Counted from the first letter of the stretch, positions 45,726 through 55,828 are shown. The stretch is DNA of 64,000 nt from a virus (IMGVR_UViG_3300034069_002177:1-64000), one strand, 5' to 3'. The notes: generated by a model from the letters alone, not told the origin. Numbers and translations: made by a program.

Positions 45726-46960
45726 TCGATGACGAGAACATCAACATCATGTTCCAGAACGTCGAGGGTTGGCGTGCATTCGAACTCAAAGAAGGTATTG
45801 GTCTTGCTCAGGCATCAGCGCTTCGCGAGCTTCCTTTCGACCTCGATCCCGAGCGTGCACCGTATGCCAAAGAATTGTACTGGGAGGGCAGCATTCTTCG
45901 TGCCGTCATCACCCCTACTCGTGATGTGCTGACGGCTGATTGGTTACGCTACAACATCGAGCCGATCATCATCATGGTTGCTCCGAGTAGCGTCATTGAT
46001 CCTGACGAGGTGAAGTACGTCACTTCGCATTACGAGAAGGTCGGTCGGGTGAACAACACCGACGAAGAGCAGCATGGAACCGTCTACCACCTCAGCATGA
46101 ACGAGAACGAAGATGAGGAAGATGAGGGCGGTCTCACCAGACATTCCATCGTTGTGACTTTCATCGAACATGATGCTCAAGTGTCTTTCACTTTCGCTGC
46201 GGCATCTGCTGCCGAGGATAGCGAAATCTTTGATGCGGTCTTGAAGCCTTTGGTCCAGATTGCCAACAACTTCTTGAAGTCCCCCACTCTGGATATTCTT
46301 GGTGCCAGCGCTCGTGCTGCTCGTAGTTCGACTGATATGGCGTTCGAATACTCGTTGTCAGGTTCATTTGTTTCCGAGGGTGCCGATGTCGTTCATCCTT
46401 TGAAGGGATTGGATGAGGGTTGGAGTATTTATGCTCACGGCGGCAATGAAGCCATCTATTCGATGCTGGCTGTGGAGAACTTGACGGATCAGCCTGCTGA
46501 CCTTGTGGAGCGGTCTCGGAACAGAATCTTCAAGCTGGAACCTGACGACACGGGCGAGGTTGCTTTCGGCTGGCGTGAAGATGGTGCTCAGTTATTTGTT
46601 ACACCTCCGGTCGATATTGATGCAGAAGGCGTTAGCCCTCTGTTGCTCACGATTACCATTTCAAGTGATTTCGTTGTTCCTGCTGTGTCGGAAGATTACG
46701 ACCTGATTTACCAGGATGATGAGCCGGGTGGTATGCAGGTGATGGCATTTGCTCCAATGCAGTCGGTTCTTTCAGAAGAAGCGGAACGTTTCGATCACAG
46801 CTACATCGCTGTTTTCAATGAAATCAACTGCTCTATCACAGCGGTGTGTATCTCGACCAGTGAGGATGAGCCGAAGTTCTACGACGATGCTTTCATCCAG
46901 ATTGCACTCAATGTTGCTGAATATGTGCATGGAATCGCTGTTGACGAGGACCAGTCGTAG
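45722..46960 (+). CDS. Acidic two-repeat hypothetical protein (paralog of 44541)
   Basis: QNVEGWRAF and LKGLDEGWSIY heads; ATGA overlap; GGAGG RBS. Confidence 0.7.
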   Translation: MIDDENINIMFQNVEGWRAFELKEGIGLAQASALRELPFDLDPERAPYAKELYWEGSILRAVITPTRDVLTADWLRYNIEPIIIMVAPSSVIDPDEVKYVTSHYEKVGRVNNTDEEQHGTVYHLSMNENEDEEDEGGLTRHSIVVTFIEHDAQVSFTFAAASAAEDSEIFDAVLKPLVQIANNFLKSPTLDILGASARAARSSTDMAFEYSLSGSFVSEGADVVHPLKGLDEGWSIYAHGGNEAIYSMLAVENLTDQPADLVERSRNRIFKLEPDDTGEVAFGWREDGAQLFVTPPVDIDAEGVSPLLLTITISSDFVVPAVSEDYDLIYQDDEPGGMQVMAFAPMQSVLSEEAERFDHSYIAVFNEINCSITAVCISTSEDEPKFYDDAFIQIALNVAEYVHGIAVDEDQS

Positions 46961-46982
46961 CTAAATCGGCTACACTCTACTT

Positions 46983-47489
46983 ATGGCTATAACCGAGATT
47001 CCAGCGATAATTCCAGAATCCGAAACCACTTTCTTCCTAAGAGAGTGGAACCCTCTTGTCGAACTCAACGATGAATCTGACGCTTCTCCGACCGTTCTCA
47101 TTTACGGTGCTTCGGATGCTGCTCATCAGGCAGCAGCGGGTATGATTGCGAAATTGATTTCACAGTTCCCCAACATGGCGTTATTTGTTGTGCCGGAAAC
47201 ACCAGAAAACGCTGAAGAGGAAATCGACAAGACAACCGAGATTATGGAATGGTTATCGAATACAGAGAATAGAGGCTTGATGCCTCAGGTTTCTGATTTC
47301 AACACTCCTATCCCGCTCATCTACCTTTCTAACGTCAATGACCTTTATACGGAGACATCTTTGGTGCGCCTCGTACGCAGGGCTAGATTTCTAGGCGTGG
47401 CAGTATTGGCAGTAGCCAGTCACATCGACCCGGAATCATCGACGTTCAGCAACATCTCAGGTATGTTCACTCATGCCATCGAAGTGTAG
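46983..47489 (+). CDS. Hypothetical protein
   Basis: TACACT 6 nt before ATG; alpha/beta pattern. Confidence 0.65.
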   Translation: MAITEIPAIIPESETTFFLREWNPLVELNDESDASPTVLIYGASDAAHQAAAGMIAKLISQFPNMALFVVPETPENAEEEIDKTTEIMEWLSNTENRGLMPQVSDFNTPIPLIYLSNVNDLYTETSLVRLVRRARFLGVAVLAVASHIDPESSTFSNISGMFTHAIEV

Positions 47490-47522
47490 TGCTATAGTCA
47501 GGGCTAACCCTGGAGGCACACC

Positions 47523-48035
47523 ATGTACGGAAGAGCTTTAGCTGCTCGCATTCCTGAACGCAAATGGTACGAGCCATCTCCCTACATCACTACGTTCGAT
47601 GATTTCGGGAACATCAATACAAAGGCGCTTGATGCCGTTCAAGAAGCCTATCTTTGCTGTGCGGATCAGTTGCCCGCTGCAAGCCATCCCGGTGATGTCT
47701 GGCTGTGTGCAATCTGCGACAGGATATGGGCTGTTCCTTCCGATCATGCTATTGGTAACTCATGGACGCTCACTCGATTGAAGTACGTGGACAAAGCCTC
47801 CAAGGATGTTCTAGCGCTCCGTTCATACCATTGGGGACATGCTACCTTCGCAGTTTTCATCGTCTCGATTCTGCTTTCCATTGCAGTCTTCGTTATTTCC
47901 AGTGGAGTTCACCCCCTATCGGCAACATATATCAGTTCGGCTTTCTTTGCGGTCGGGGTGGTCATTACTGCTTTTATCGCTTCTCGATGGCGTAAACTGT
48001 CTGCTCAGTACAACTTGTCAATAAGTGACAACTAG
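47523..48035 (+). CDS. Zn-ribbon plus two-TM membrane protein
   Basis: CC...CAICDRIW then two hydrophobic helices; GGAGG RBS. Confidence 0.7.
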   Translation: MYGRALAARIPERKWYEPSPYITTFDDFGNINTKALDAVQEAYLCCADQLPAASHPGDVWLCAICDRIWAVPSDHAIGNSWTLTRLKYVDKASKDVLALRSYHWGHATFAVFIVSILLSIAVFVISSGVHPLSATYISSAFFAVGVVITAFIASRWRKLSAQYNLSISDN

Positions 48036-48047
48036 GGGATGATTTAG

Positions 48048-48557
48048 ATGGCGGAGCACGTTTCAGTAGACTCCGATATCGTAGGTATCGACAACGAACT
48101 CAAAGGCGTTGAATCGTGTTGCATCAATTCGCTTTACGCGGAGGAAGCAACACCTAATGGCGTTGGCATTGTCTGCAATGTCTGCGGTGATGTGTGGGTC
48201 TCCACCATCGAAGAAAGCAGCAACGTTCTTTGGCGTCGTACGTACGCCGGTCGTTATACAGATGATGTCCGCGCGAAAATTGAAGTAGCTTCCAAGAATG
48301 AACACCGTATCAAGCGAAACATCGTTCTCAGCATTGCTGCGGTATTCGTGTTCGTCATCATTTGGAACATCTTCGACTACGCAACGGATAAGTATGCGTT
48401 GTCGGAGATTCTGCTCAGTAGCTTCATCGTCATTATCATTGGCGGTGCTGTTTCCGTTGCTATGTTCAAGGGTTTGTTCAGAAGCTTCTCCCGCAATACT
48501 CGTAAGTTGAAGTACGAGTTACCTCGTGTGGAAAAGACCGAATTGGTTGCCGAGTAG
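48048..48557 (+). CDS. Zn-ribbon plus two-TM membrane protein (paralog of 47523)
   Basis: CC...CNVCGDVW then two hydrophobic helices. Confidence 0.7.
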   Translation: MAEHVSVDSDIVGIDNELKGVESCCINSLYAEEATPNGVGIVCNVCGDVWVSTIEESSNVLWRRTYAGRYTDDVRAKIEVASKNEHRIKRNIVLSIAAVFVFVIIWNIFDYATDKYALSEILLSSFIVIIIGGAVSVAMFKGLFRSFSRNTRKLKYELPRVEKTELVAE

Positions 48558-48566
48558 CAACTGCAC

Positions 48567-48615
48567 AAGACCGGCTGTGATTCTTCGGATGAACAGCCGG
48601 TCTTTTCTTTTTTTT
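48567..48615 (+). terminator. Intrinsic terminator
   Basis: AAGACCGGCTGT / ACAGCCGGTCTT followed by a long T-run. Confidence 0.85.
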
Positions 48616-48705
48616 ACTTGGGTATCCAATTTTTGACTTTCTTCGCCGGTCCATGTTCGGACTTGTATGCTGTAGAAAATTTAGTCAATCAGAAGGGGCG
48701 CTGTA

Positions 48706-49719
48706 GTGCCAACCATCAAGTCGAGTAACACGTCAACGAAAGACAACAGCGTAAGCAAGGGGGTGTTGTACCTCATTGGTGTTGCCGCATTCGTCCTTTT
48801 ATGGCTCATTGGTTACGGCGCGGATCTTCTCATCTATCGCTCGCTTAGTCCGCTGCCTCTAATTCTTCCGCTGGTGACAAGTATCCCTATCGCTATGCTG
48901 TTTAATCGCGTTTCTCGCGTGTACCCAGGTGCCGCCTCCATTTTTGGATACGTTGCTACTTCCATGCTGGCACTGGCATTAGCCATCATCGCCCTGCTGA
49001 CTTTCTCTTCCAGTAACAGCCCGTTGGCGATTGGAACCGCTGCGGCTATTCTTGGTCTCATCTACCCAACCGTCGCCGTTGGTTTTTGCCGAGCTATCGA
49101 AGTATTCATGGAGAAGCTTGGTTTGTTCGACAACGCCATCTCCACTTTGGATCACTACGACACCATCAAGGAGCGCGAGCGTTCTGAAAAGGTCCAGCAC
49201 GAAGAAGAAGTTGTTCATGATAAGGAGGAAGCCGACGCGGTAGTGGCGGAAGTTGTTGCTGAGGCGGTTGCCGTAGCTGTCGCAGAGGCTGCACCTGTGG
49301 TTGTCGAGCCTACGGTTGTTGTCGTATTGAAGGACGAGCCTGAAGTTCCGGCAAGTCCTTTTGCTCTGAGTGATGAATCTAAGGAGCCAGCAGTTTTGGA
49401 TTACAGCAAGGCTGTCAAGACCATCAAGACGAAGAAAAGTGGTGTTGAAATCATTGAACTTGACTTCGACGAACTAGGTCGTGTGGGCGCATCCAAAGTT
49501 CAGGTAATTGTTGACTCGCAGCATGAGAACGAGGTTGCTGTTAGCGCCGAGTCTACTAGCGATGAAGAGCTAGAAGAAGTTCTCGTTGCCGAAGAATCAC
49601 CTGCTGAAGCGCCTGTTGTCGTCAAGAAGGCTACGCCCCGGAAGAAGTCCGCTACCCGCCGACGTACCACGCCCAGCAAATCCCCCACAGCCGAAGTTGA
49701 TGAGACTATCGAGTCGTAA
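48706..49719 (+). CDS. Multi-pass membrane protein with acidic then basic cytoplasmic tail
   Basis: About four TM helices, E/V/A-rich region, KKATPRKKSATRRR tail. Confidence 0.7.
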   Translation: MPTIKSSNTSTKDNSVSKGVLYLIGVAAFVLLWLIGYGADLLIYRSLSPLPLILPLVTSIPIAMLFNRVSRVYPGAASIFGYVATSMLALALAIIALLTFSSSNSPLAIGTAAAILGLIYPTVAVGFCRAIEVFMEKLGLFDNAISTLDHYDTIKERERSEKVQHEEEVVHDKEEADAVVAEVVAEAVAVAVAEAAPVVVEPTVVVVLKDEPEVPASPFALSDESKEPAVLDYSKAVKTIKTKKSGVEIIELDFDELGRVGASKVQVIVDSQHENEVAVSAESTSDEELEEVLVAEESPAEAPVVVKKATPRKKSATRRRTTPSKSPTAEVDETIES

Positions 49720-49835
49720 GTAACAAAAATGAAAGACCTAGCTGAGAGTTACATGCAGCTAGGTCTTTTATTTGCCTTCCTCCTTGCTGAGTGTTTATCT
49801 AAGTGCTACGATTACCGCTCAGCAACGGAGGTATC

Positions 49836-50651
49836 GTGGGGACACGTAAAGACGAAATCAAGCAGAAGGCGCAAGCAACTCGTGATGCGCAGAAGAAAAA
49901 AGAGAAGCGCTCTCGATTAGCCTTCCAAGGCGGTATTGCCGGTGTGATCCTCGCGGCTGTTGTCGTTGTCGTCTTAGTCGTTCTGGGGTCTAGTAGTGCA
50001 CAGGCGGGTACTCCTGGAAATATGTTTAGCGGCGGTGTCCAGTTCAAGAATTCAAGTCTGACGCCAGTGTCAAGTCCAGCTTCCGATAAGTTCGCTATCA
50101 AGACTCCACCACTGCCTAAGGACAAGGTGGACGTGAGTATTTATATCGACTACCAGTGCCCGTTCTGTAACGATTTCGAGAAGGCATATGGAGACAATTT
50201 GCAGTCTCTGGCAGCATCTGGGAAAATTGACCTCGCATATCACCCCATTGCTATTCTTGATCGTTCTTCATCTGGAACCAAGTATTCGACTCGTGCAGCG
50301 GGAGCCAGTGCATGCGTAGCTGAGTCTGCTCCTTCGCAGTGGCTTGCATTCAACAAGCTGATGTTCGCCAATCAGCCTGCCGAAGGTGGTACTGGTCTTG
50401 AGAACGATAGGATCATCAGTATTACTAAGGAAGCAAAAGTAGACAATGCTGACACCATCAGCAAGTGCATTACAGACAAGAAGTACGACGGTTGGGCAAC
50501 CAAGGTGACCGCCGCTGCGAGCAAGAACCTGCCGCACACCAATGCAGGTCTTGCTGCTACGCCGTCTATTGTTGTCGATGGCAAGCTTTACGCTCAGGCT
50601 GACGGAGACTTCAGCGCTTACCTGAACAAGCTCATTGCCGCGAAGAGCTAA
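49836..50651 (+). CDS. dsbA: DsbA-family thiol-disulfide oxidoreductase, membrane-anchored
   Basis: IYIDYQCPFC, YHPIAILD, YSTRAAGASACV, ATPSIVVDG; N-terminal TM; GGAGG RBS before GTG 49836. Confidence 0.88.
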   Translation: MGTRKDEIKQKAQATRDAQKKKEKRSRLAFQGGIAGVILAAVVVVVLVVLGSSSAQAGTPGNMFSGGVQFKNSSLTPVSSPASDKFAIKTPPLPKDKVDVSIYIDYQCPFCNDFEKAYGDNLQSLAASGKIDLAYHPIAILDRSSSGTKYSTRAAGASACVAESAPSQWLAFNKLMFANQPAEGGTGLENDRIISITKEAKVDNADTISKCITDKKYDGWATKVTAAASKNLPHTNAGLAATPSIVVDGKLYAQADGDFSAYLNKLIAAKS

Positions 50652-51301
50652 CCCGCAATACGCTTAGCGTTGTCAATAGTAGAATCTTCCTGTTCAACTC
50701 CACCTTGGTTGATGAGCAGGAAGATTTCTGCTTCTTGCTCAATGGTTTCGACACTCGCCTCCATTGTAGGAAGAACGGTTGTGTGGCGGAAGCTACGCTG
50801 AAAACCTTCACTGAGGTCGCTGTACTTGACCATTTCTTCTTCGGATGAACTTTGTGATTCGTCGAACCACTCATTGGGTACCTCCAAGCGGTCTTCCATG
50901 AAGTCAAGTACAGCTTCGATACGCTGTTTGCCGTCTACGACAGCACCATAGTGGTCACTGCCGAACGGTCGTTTGTTCAGAATTACCGAGCCGGTGGGAA
51001 TGCCTAGCAAAAGTGAACGAATGAGACCCTGCTTGTGTGCGGTATCCCAGACGGATCCGCGCTGATAAGGAGCATCAAAGTCGTATTGATCACGCGCAGA
51101 GAGCCAATGTCCTACCGTATAGGAGGCGGAATCCATGCGGAGCTTTTCCAAAGGCTTGCGTTCGATCTTGGAAGCCTTCGGAGGCGCACCGACAGCAGCA
51201 GACCTATCCGCAGTGGAACCGGAGTTCTTATCAGGGTTCACTTTGCGAGAGGTGACAATGCCGTTTTTATCAACGATTGGCTTATTAACGAGGTTGCTCA
51301 T
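50648..51301 (-). CDS. DUF262 (ParB-like/GmrS-like) protein with DKNG tag
   Basis: KPIVDKNGIVTSRKV; YQRGSVW, LI.SLL.GIP.G, VVDGKQR, F..INQGG. Confidence 0.8.
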   Translation of the reverse strand: MSNLVNKPIVDKNGIVTSRKVNPDKNSGSTADRSAAVGAPPKASKIERKPLEKLRMDSASYTVGHWLSARDQYDFDAPYQRGSVWDTAHKQGLIRSLLLGIPTGSVILNKRPFGSDHYGAVVDGKQRIEAVLDFMEDRLEVPNEWFDESQSSSEEEMVKYSDLSEGFQRSFRHTTVLPTMEASVETIEQEAEIFLLINQGGVEQEDSTIDNAKRIAG

Positions 51302-51328
51302 ATCTCTATTATGCCAGATGCGTCCGAT

Positions 51329-51577
51329 CTAACGAACTGTAAGCTCGGACAGAGCGAAATCAGCCTGTCGCATACCGGAGCGCAGCGCAACATGCGTCAC
51401 ACCCTGACGAGCCAGCTTGGCAGCCCACGACCTGGAGATACGCTTGTTGTAGCTCTGTCGCACCCAACCCTTGTCCGGGTGGAACTCGGATACGACAGTC
51501 GGATGAAGAGCGAAATCGCGGACGGCATCACCAAAGTATTTAAGGGCAGCAGCCGGAACCTTTGCAGAGAATCCCAT
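51329..51577 (-). CDS. Small hypothetical protein
   Basis: 82 aa, GAAAG RBS, upstream of the DUF262 gene on the same strand. Confidence 0.6.
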   Translation of the reverse strand: MGFSAKVPAAALKYFGDAVRDFALHPTVVSEFHPDKGWVRQSYNKRISRSWAAKLARQGVTHVALRSGMRQADFALSELTVR

Positions 51578-51710
51578 GATGATTAGCTTTCTGATTACAG
51601 TGAGTGTTTCAAGTCAATTATTACGATACTACTTATTTGTTCTGATGTCAATTTGATTTGTGAAGTTTGTCCTGATATCTTGTGGACTGCACAACAAGGA
51701 GCACACAGTA

Positions 51711-52637
51711 ATGCGAAAACTAGCAGTCAAGCTCACAGCCTTCGACCTGCTTCATTGGGTTAACGAACACACCGTCAGCAATGACATCTTTGAACAGGCT
51801 ATCGTCCGCAATACCCTCATCAACCTTCTGGATCTTTACGACCACTGGTGTAAAGACGAGACAACTTGTGATGTGTGCCAACGCCCCGAGGGTGCCTTCG
51901 TTAGAAATCGTGAGTCCGAACTTGAATATCATGCCGAAGCAATTTTCGAGAGCAACCGTAAGTTCGCAGAGTTGAAGACGCGGCTAGATAAAACCAATTT
52001 TGACATCAGTTCTTTGTACTCCGCCTTCATCACCCCCGAGAGCGATACCGTTATTCGAGCCGTCGCGCACCGTGGAGTGATTAGTGACTTCGGTGAGATG
52101 CATTACACCCGACGAGGATCTGTTGCAACTCTTGGTTCGAATCACCCTGTCGTTATTCAAGGCGAAGAATTTGGAAAGACGGCTTTTGACGGCTCTCTCA
52201 CCTTGACGGTGTTTCTTGATACCGATCACCTTTCCGAAAGTTGGACCGTCGAAAATACGCTTGCAGCTAATGAGCTTGTGACATTCACCTCTGATTCACT
52301 GAGTTCAATGCGAGTGGGCGACATCGAAATACCCACTAACGTGGAAAGGGTTGAAGAAGAAGTCTTCGCCCTCGGCGGGATTCTGGAAGACGAACGTGAC
52401 ATAGTTCGTTTGGAACGTCACAAGGTTATCAACGCTACTCGTTCGCACCCTGTATTAGGTAGGTTGGCTAACGGGGATGACGTATGGCAGATTGTCAGCG
52501 ATGGTGCTGGTAGGACAATCAACGATGCCATGCGGACCATTTTGGCATCTAAGGGCGATCCTTCGTTGACCACTGAAGAGGCGATCAAATTAGCTTCGAT
52601 TGTTTTCTCGAAACGAGGCATCAAGCAGTACGTTTGA
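51711..52637 (+). CDS. Hypothetical protein
   Basis: AAGGAG RBS before ATG 51711; contains HWC...CDVC. Confidence 0.7.
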   Translation: MRKLAVKLTAFDLLHWVNEHTVSNDIFEQAIVRNTLINLLDLYDHWCKDETTCDVCQRPEGAFVRNRESELEYHAEAIFESNRKFAELKTRLDKTNFDISSLYSAFITPESDTVIRAVAHRGVISDFGEMHYTRRGSVATLGSNHPVVIQGEEFGKTAFDGSLTLTVFLDTDHLSESWTVENTLAANELVTFTSDSLSSMRVGDIEIPTNVERVEEEVFALGGILEDERDIVRLERHKVINATRSHPVLGRLANGDDVWQIVSDGAGRTINDAMRTILASKGDPSLTTEEAIKLASIVFSKRGIKQYV

Positions 52638-52674
52638 CCCTAGACTGTACCCGGTCACAACGATAAGGAACTTC

Positions 52675-54288
52675 ATGGTCACGTATTCTGCTGCACCCCT
52701 CGAAAATGAGACGGTTGCCCAAATCGCTCCCCAGACTCTCAAGGAGATTTTCCAGACGGATTCTCTCTTCCCCGGACGCGTTCTGTCCGCATTAGGGTTT
52801 GGTCGTTCGCTTGACGCTAAGTATCGTGAGGTGACAGAATCTGATACGGCAAACGAGTTCTATCGCGGCGTCATTGAAGACGCAGTAGCCTTCCGCGAAG
52901 GCGTTGGACTCTACATCGTTGATGACATCACCACGACTTTGGTTGGTGAGTCTCTCATCGCTAAGATTTCCGTGACGGATGATTCTGTTATCAAGCAGGA
53001 CACTCATCTTCTCGGAGGTGTTGCCGCATTCGCTATCCCGACCAATAGCCACAATCATGCAGTGTTGGTGACATCCGGTGGACTCGACAAGCCAGCATTC
53101 AAGAACGTTGCGGGTGTCTCGGTGCTTCCTGTTGACTATGCGTTCCAGAACGTCGCAGAGACGCTCTATACCATTGCTAATCTTGTACTAGGTGACTTCC
53201 CAGAGGAACACGGTACTAATTGGTCAGAAGGCACCAATGTTGCTATCACGTTCTACCGCGTATCGGGTGAAGAGATCAAGCGTGAGTACCAGTTGGTTCT
53301 TCGTACCGAAGACGGCATTGTCGTCGCTAAGGAAGCGAACGCCAATGAGGATGGTTATATCTCCATCAAGGCATGGAGCGATGTCGAGCCAGGCGAGCAC
53401 GCGCTTTCTTCGTTTGTGTATCACGCACACGAGAAGTTCGCTGATCGACTCAATGAGATCGAGAACAAGGGTAATGCACTCGCGACCATCAATGCTGATG
53501 AGAACGTCGAAGCGTATGACGACTACAACAACGACCGTTACCTTCCTCTTTACCTTGACGACTTGCAGGTAGTTGCAAGTCAGGATGTCTTCGGCTATGA
53601 CGAGCACCCTGTTCACGAGCTTGCCGCTCTCGAAGAAGAACCAGTTGATGACGGTAACTCCGATGTTCCCGATTTCGGTTCAGATGCGGACACGGACGAG
53701 GTTACTTCCGAAGCTGTCGCAGATGCCCCCGCCGAGTCCGATTCCGCCACTGACGACGCCACCGCCGATGCTATCGAGTCGGAAGATACCGGGTCTGTTA
53801 TCACCTCGCCGGAAGATATTGAGACGGCTGATGATTTGGTTCATTTCGCTGAGTACGAAGTGACCCATTCTGAAGAGCCGGTTGTTGCTGGTGATGTCAA
53901 TGACGTAACCGCTGAGACCGAAGATCCTTTCGCGCTTGGTGCTGAGTACCTCATCAACGAAATTCCCGAAAGTGATGAAGTGCAGCCCTTGGTAGAAGGT
54001 GAAATCGATGGCACCGTATTCGATAAGACCGAGGTTGTCACTGACGATGCAGATATTCAGCCCGAGCCTTTGGAAGAACTAGCTGACCCTGCTGCGTTCG
54101 AAAACCTCCAGTGGTCCGAAGTTGTTGCCGGTGATGGTTTCGATGAAACTATCGTCGAAGACGCGACGCCTCAGCTTGCTCCTGAGTTCGGTGATCTTTC
54201 GTGGGAAGATGTCGCCACTACGGTAGCTGACGACGATAATGATGCGCAGGATGAGAAGCCATTGAAGGGTTTCTTGAATAAGGGCTGA
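52675..54288 (+). CDS. Hypothetical protein with long acidic C-terminal region
   Basis: AAGGAA RBS before ATG 52675. Confidence 0.7.
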   Translation: MVTYSAAPLENETVAQIAPQTLKEIFQTDSLFPGRVLSALGFGRSLDAKYREVTESDTANEFYRGVIEDAVAFREGVGLYIVDDITTTLVGESLIAKISVTDDSVIKQDTHLLGGVAAFAIPTNSHNHAVLVTSGGLDKPAFKNVAGVSVLPVDYAFQNVAETLYTIANLVLGDFPEEHGTNWSEGTNVAITFYRVSGEEIKREYQLVLRTEDGIVVAKEANANEDGYISIKAWSDVEPGEHALSSFVYHAHEKFADRLNEIENKGNALATINADENVEAYDDYNNDRYLPLYLDDLQVVASQDVFGYDEHPVHELAALEEEPVDDGNSDVPDFGSDADTDEVTSEAVADAPAESDSATDDATADAIESEDTGSVITSPEDIETADDLVHFAEYEVTHSEEPVVAGDVNDVTAETEDPFALGAEYLINEIPESDEVQPLVEGEIDGTVFDKTEVVTDDADIQPEPLEELADPAAFENLQWSEVVAGDGFDETIVEDATPQLAPEFGDLSWEDVATTVADDDNDAQDEKPLKGFLNKG

Positions 54289-54347
54289 TCCCGAGTTGCA
54301 AAAATACTCCCGAGTTGTTATGATCACATTTCAACTCGGGAGTATTT
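54289..54347 (+). promoter_or_regulatory. Helicase promoter with three TCCCGAGTTG boxes
   Basis: TTGCAA (54296-54301), 17 nt, TATGAT (54319-54324); boxes at 54289-54298, 54308-54317 and inverted at 54332-54341, within a 16-bp perfect inverted repeat. Confidence 0.7.
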
Positions 54348-54349
54348 GC

Positions 54350-55828
54350 GTGAAAGCAACAGACGAACAGGCAGACGCCATTGAAGCGTTCGACGAAGGG
54401 GACAACCTCGCGCTCGTAGCGGGGGCAGGAACCGGCAAGACCACCGTCCTCAAAATGATGGCGGAAGGCGACTCACGTCGGGGTCTTTACCTGGCATTCA
54501 ATAAGTCAGTGAGGGAAGAAGCCAACATCAAGTTCCGTAAGACTAACGTCGAGGCGCGCACCGCACACTCGTTGGCTTACAAGGACTTCGGCGCTCCCCG
54601 ACAAGATCGCCTTCCTGGTCAGGGTGCTGCGTTCATGCGTAACTCCACTCTTGCCAAGGCGCTCGACATTGTTCCAACGACTGTCAAGGGCGATGACATC
54701 AGCGAGCGCAAGGTCGGTGCTGCCGAACTAGCCCACCTCGCTAAGCAGACTGTCAAGCAATTCACCAAGACCAAAGATGAATCCATCAGTCTTGATATGG
54801 TGGAGCTTCCTCCACTATTTGCTGCTGACAAAAAGATCGCAGCAGACCTCACGCCTCTCGTGCACAAATACGCTGAGCGTCTGTGGAAAGAAGTTGTTTC
54901 GCTCGATAGCGAAATCCCCATTTCTCACGATGACTACTTGAAGCTCTACCAGCTAAGCAAGCCGTTCATTAAGGCTGACTATATTTTCCTTGACGAGGCA
55001 CAGGATGCCGACTCTCTCATGGTGGAAATCATCAAGGATCAGATGGACCACGCTCAGATCATTGCGGTAGGAGACCGTTCGCAGGCTATCTATGGCTGGC
55101 GAGGCGGCACCATAGACGCTATGACTGAGTTTGGTGGCGTAGAGCGTCACCTCACGCAGTCATTCCGATTCGGTGATGCAATCGCCGCACAGGCAAATAA
55201 GATTCTGGATCTTCTCGATGCTGACATTCGACTGAGAGGAACGCCCTCTATCAAGTCTGAGGTGTTGTTCGGTGAGCGCTTGGAAGAGCCTGACGCCATT
55301 CTCACTCGCACTAACATTGGAAGTATGGTGGAAGTTCTTGCGCGTCAGTCCGCAGGTGAGAACGTTGCTATCGCTGGTCAGCACAAGGCGAATGAAATGA
55401 AGAAGATTGCTAAGGCGGCTCAGGATTTGCAGGAGAAGGGTTACACCCCGCACCCCGACTTCTCGGCGTTTGACAACTGGAGCGAAGTTGTCGCATTCAG
55501 CGAAACAGATGAAGGCTCCGAGTTTACCCCGATTGTGAACCTCGTTCAAACATGGTCGCCGTTGCAGATTATCGATGCTATCGATTCCTGCGTACCGGTC
55601 GAGAAGTCCGATGTGGTTATCTCCACTGCTCACATCGCAAAGGGTCTCGAATGGAATCGTGTTCGTATCGGTGAAGACTTCTACCCTCCGAAGTACATTG
55701 ACGGCGTTCAGCAGCCGCTGGCGCGCGAGGAAGCCATGCTCGCATATGTCGCAGTGACTCGTGCCAAGCATGAACTGGACGACTTCGGCTTGTCGTGGAT
55801 TTACAAGTACCGTGGGGAGATTGAATAG
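54350..55828 (+). CDS. UvrD/Rep-family (SF1) DNA helicase
   Basis: AGAGTGKTT, YLAFNK, TAHSLA, IFLDEAQD, VGDRSQAIYGWRG, LTQSFRFG, STAHIAKGLEW, YVAVTRAK. Confidence 0.9.
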   Translation: MKATDEQADAIEAFDEGDNLALVAGAGTGKTTVLKMMAEGDSRRGLYLAFNKSVREEANIKFRKTNVEARTAHSLAYKDFGAPRQDRLPGQGAAFMRNSTLAKALDIVPTTVKGDDISERKVGAAELAHLAKQTVKQFTKTKDESISLDMVELPPLFAADKKIAADLTPLVHKYAERLWKEVVSLDSEIPISHDDYLKLYQLSKPFIKADYIFLDEAQDADSLMVEIIKDQMDHAQIIAVGDRSQAIYGWRGGTIDAMTEFGGVERHLTQSFRFGDAIAAQANKILDLLDADIRLRGTPSIKSEVLFGERLEEPDAILTRTNIGSMVEVLARQSAGENVAIAGQHKANEMKKIAKAAQDLQEKGYTPHPDFSAFDNWSEVVAFSETDEGSEFTPIVNLVQTWSPLQIIDAIDSCVPVEKSDVVISTAHIAKGLEWNRVRIGEDFYPPKYIDGVQQPLAREEAMLAYVAVTRAKHELDDFGLSWIYKYRGEIE

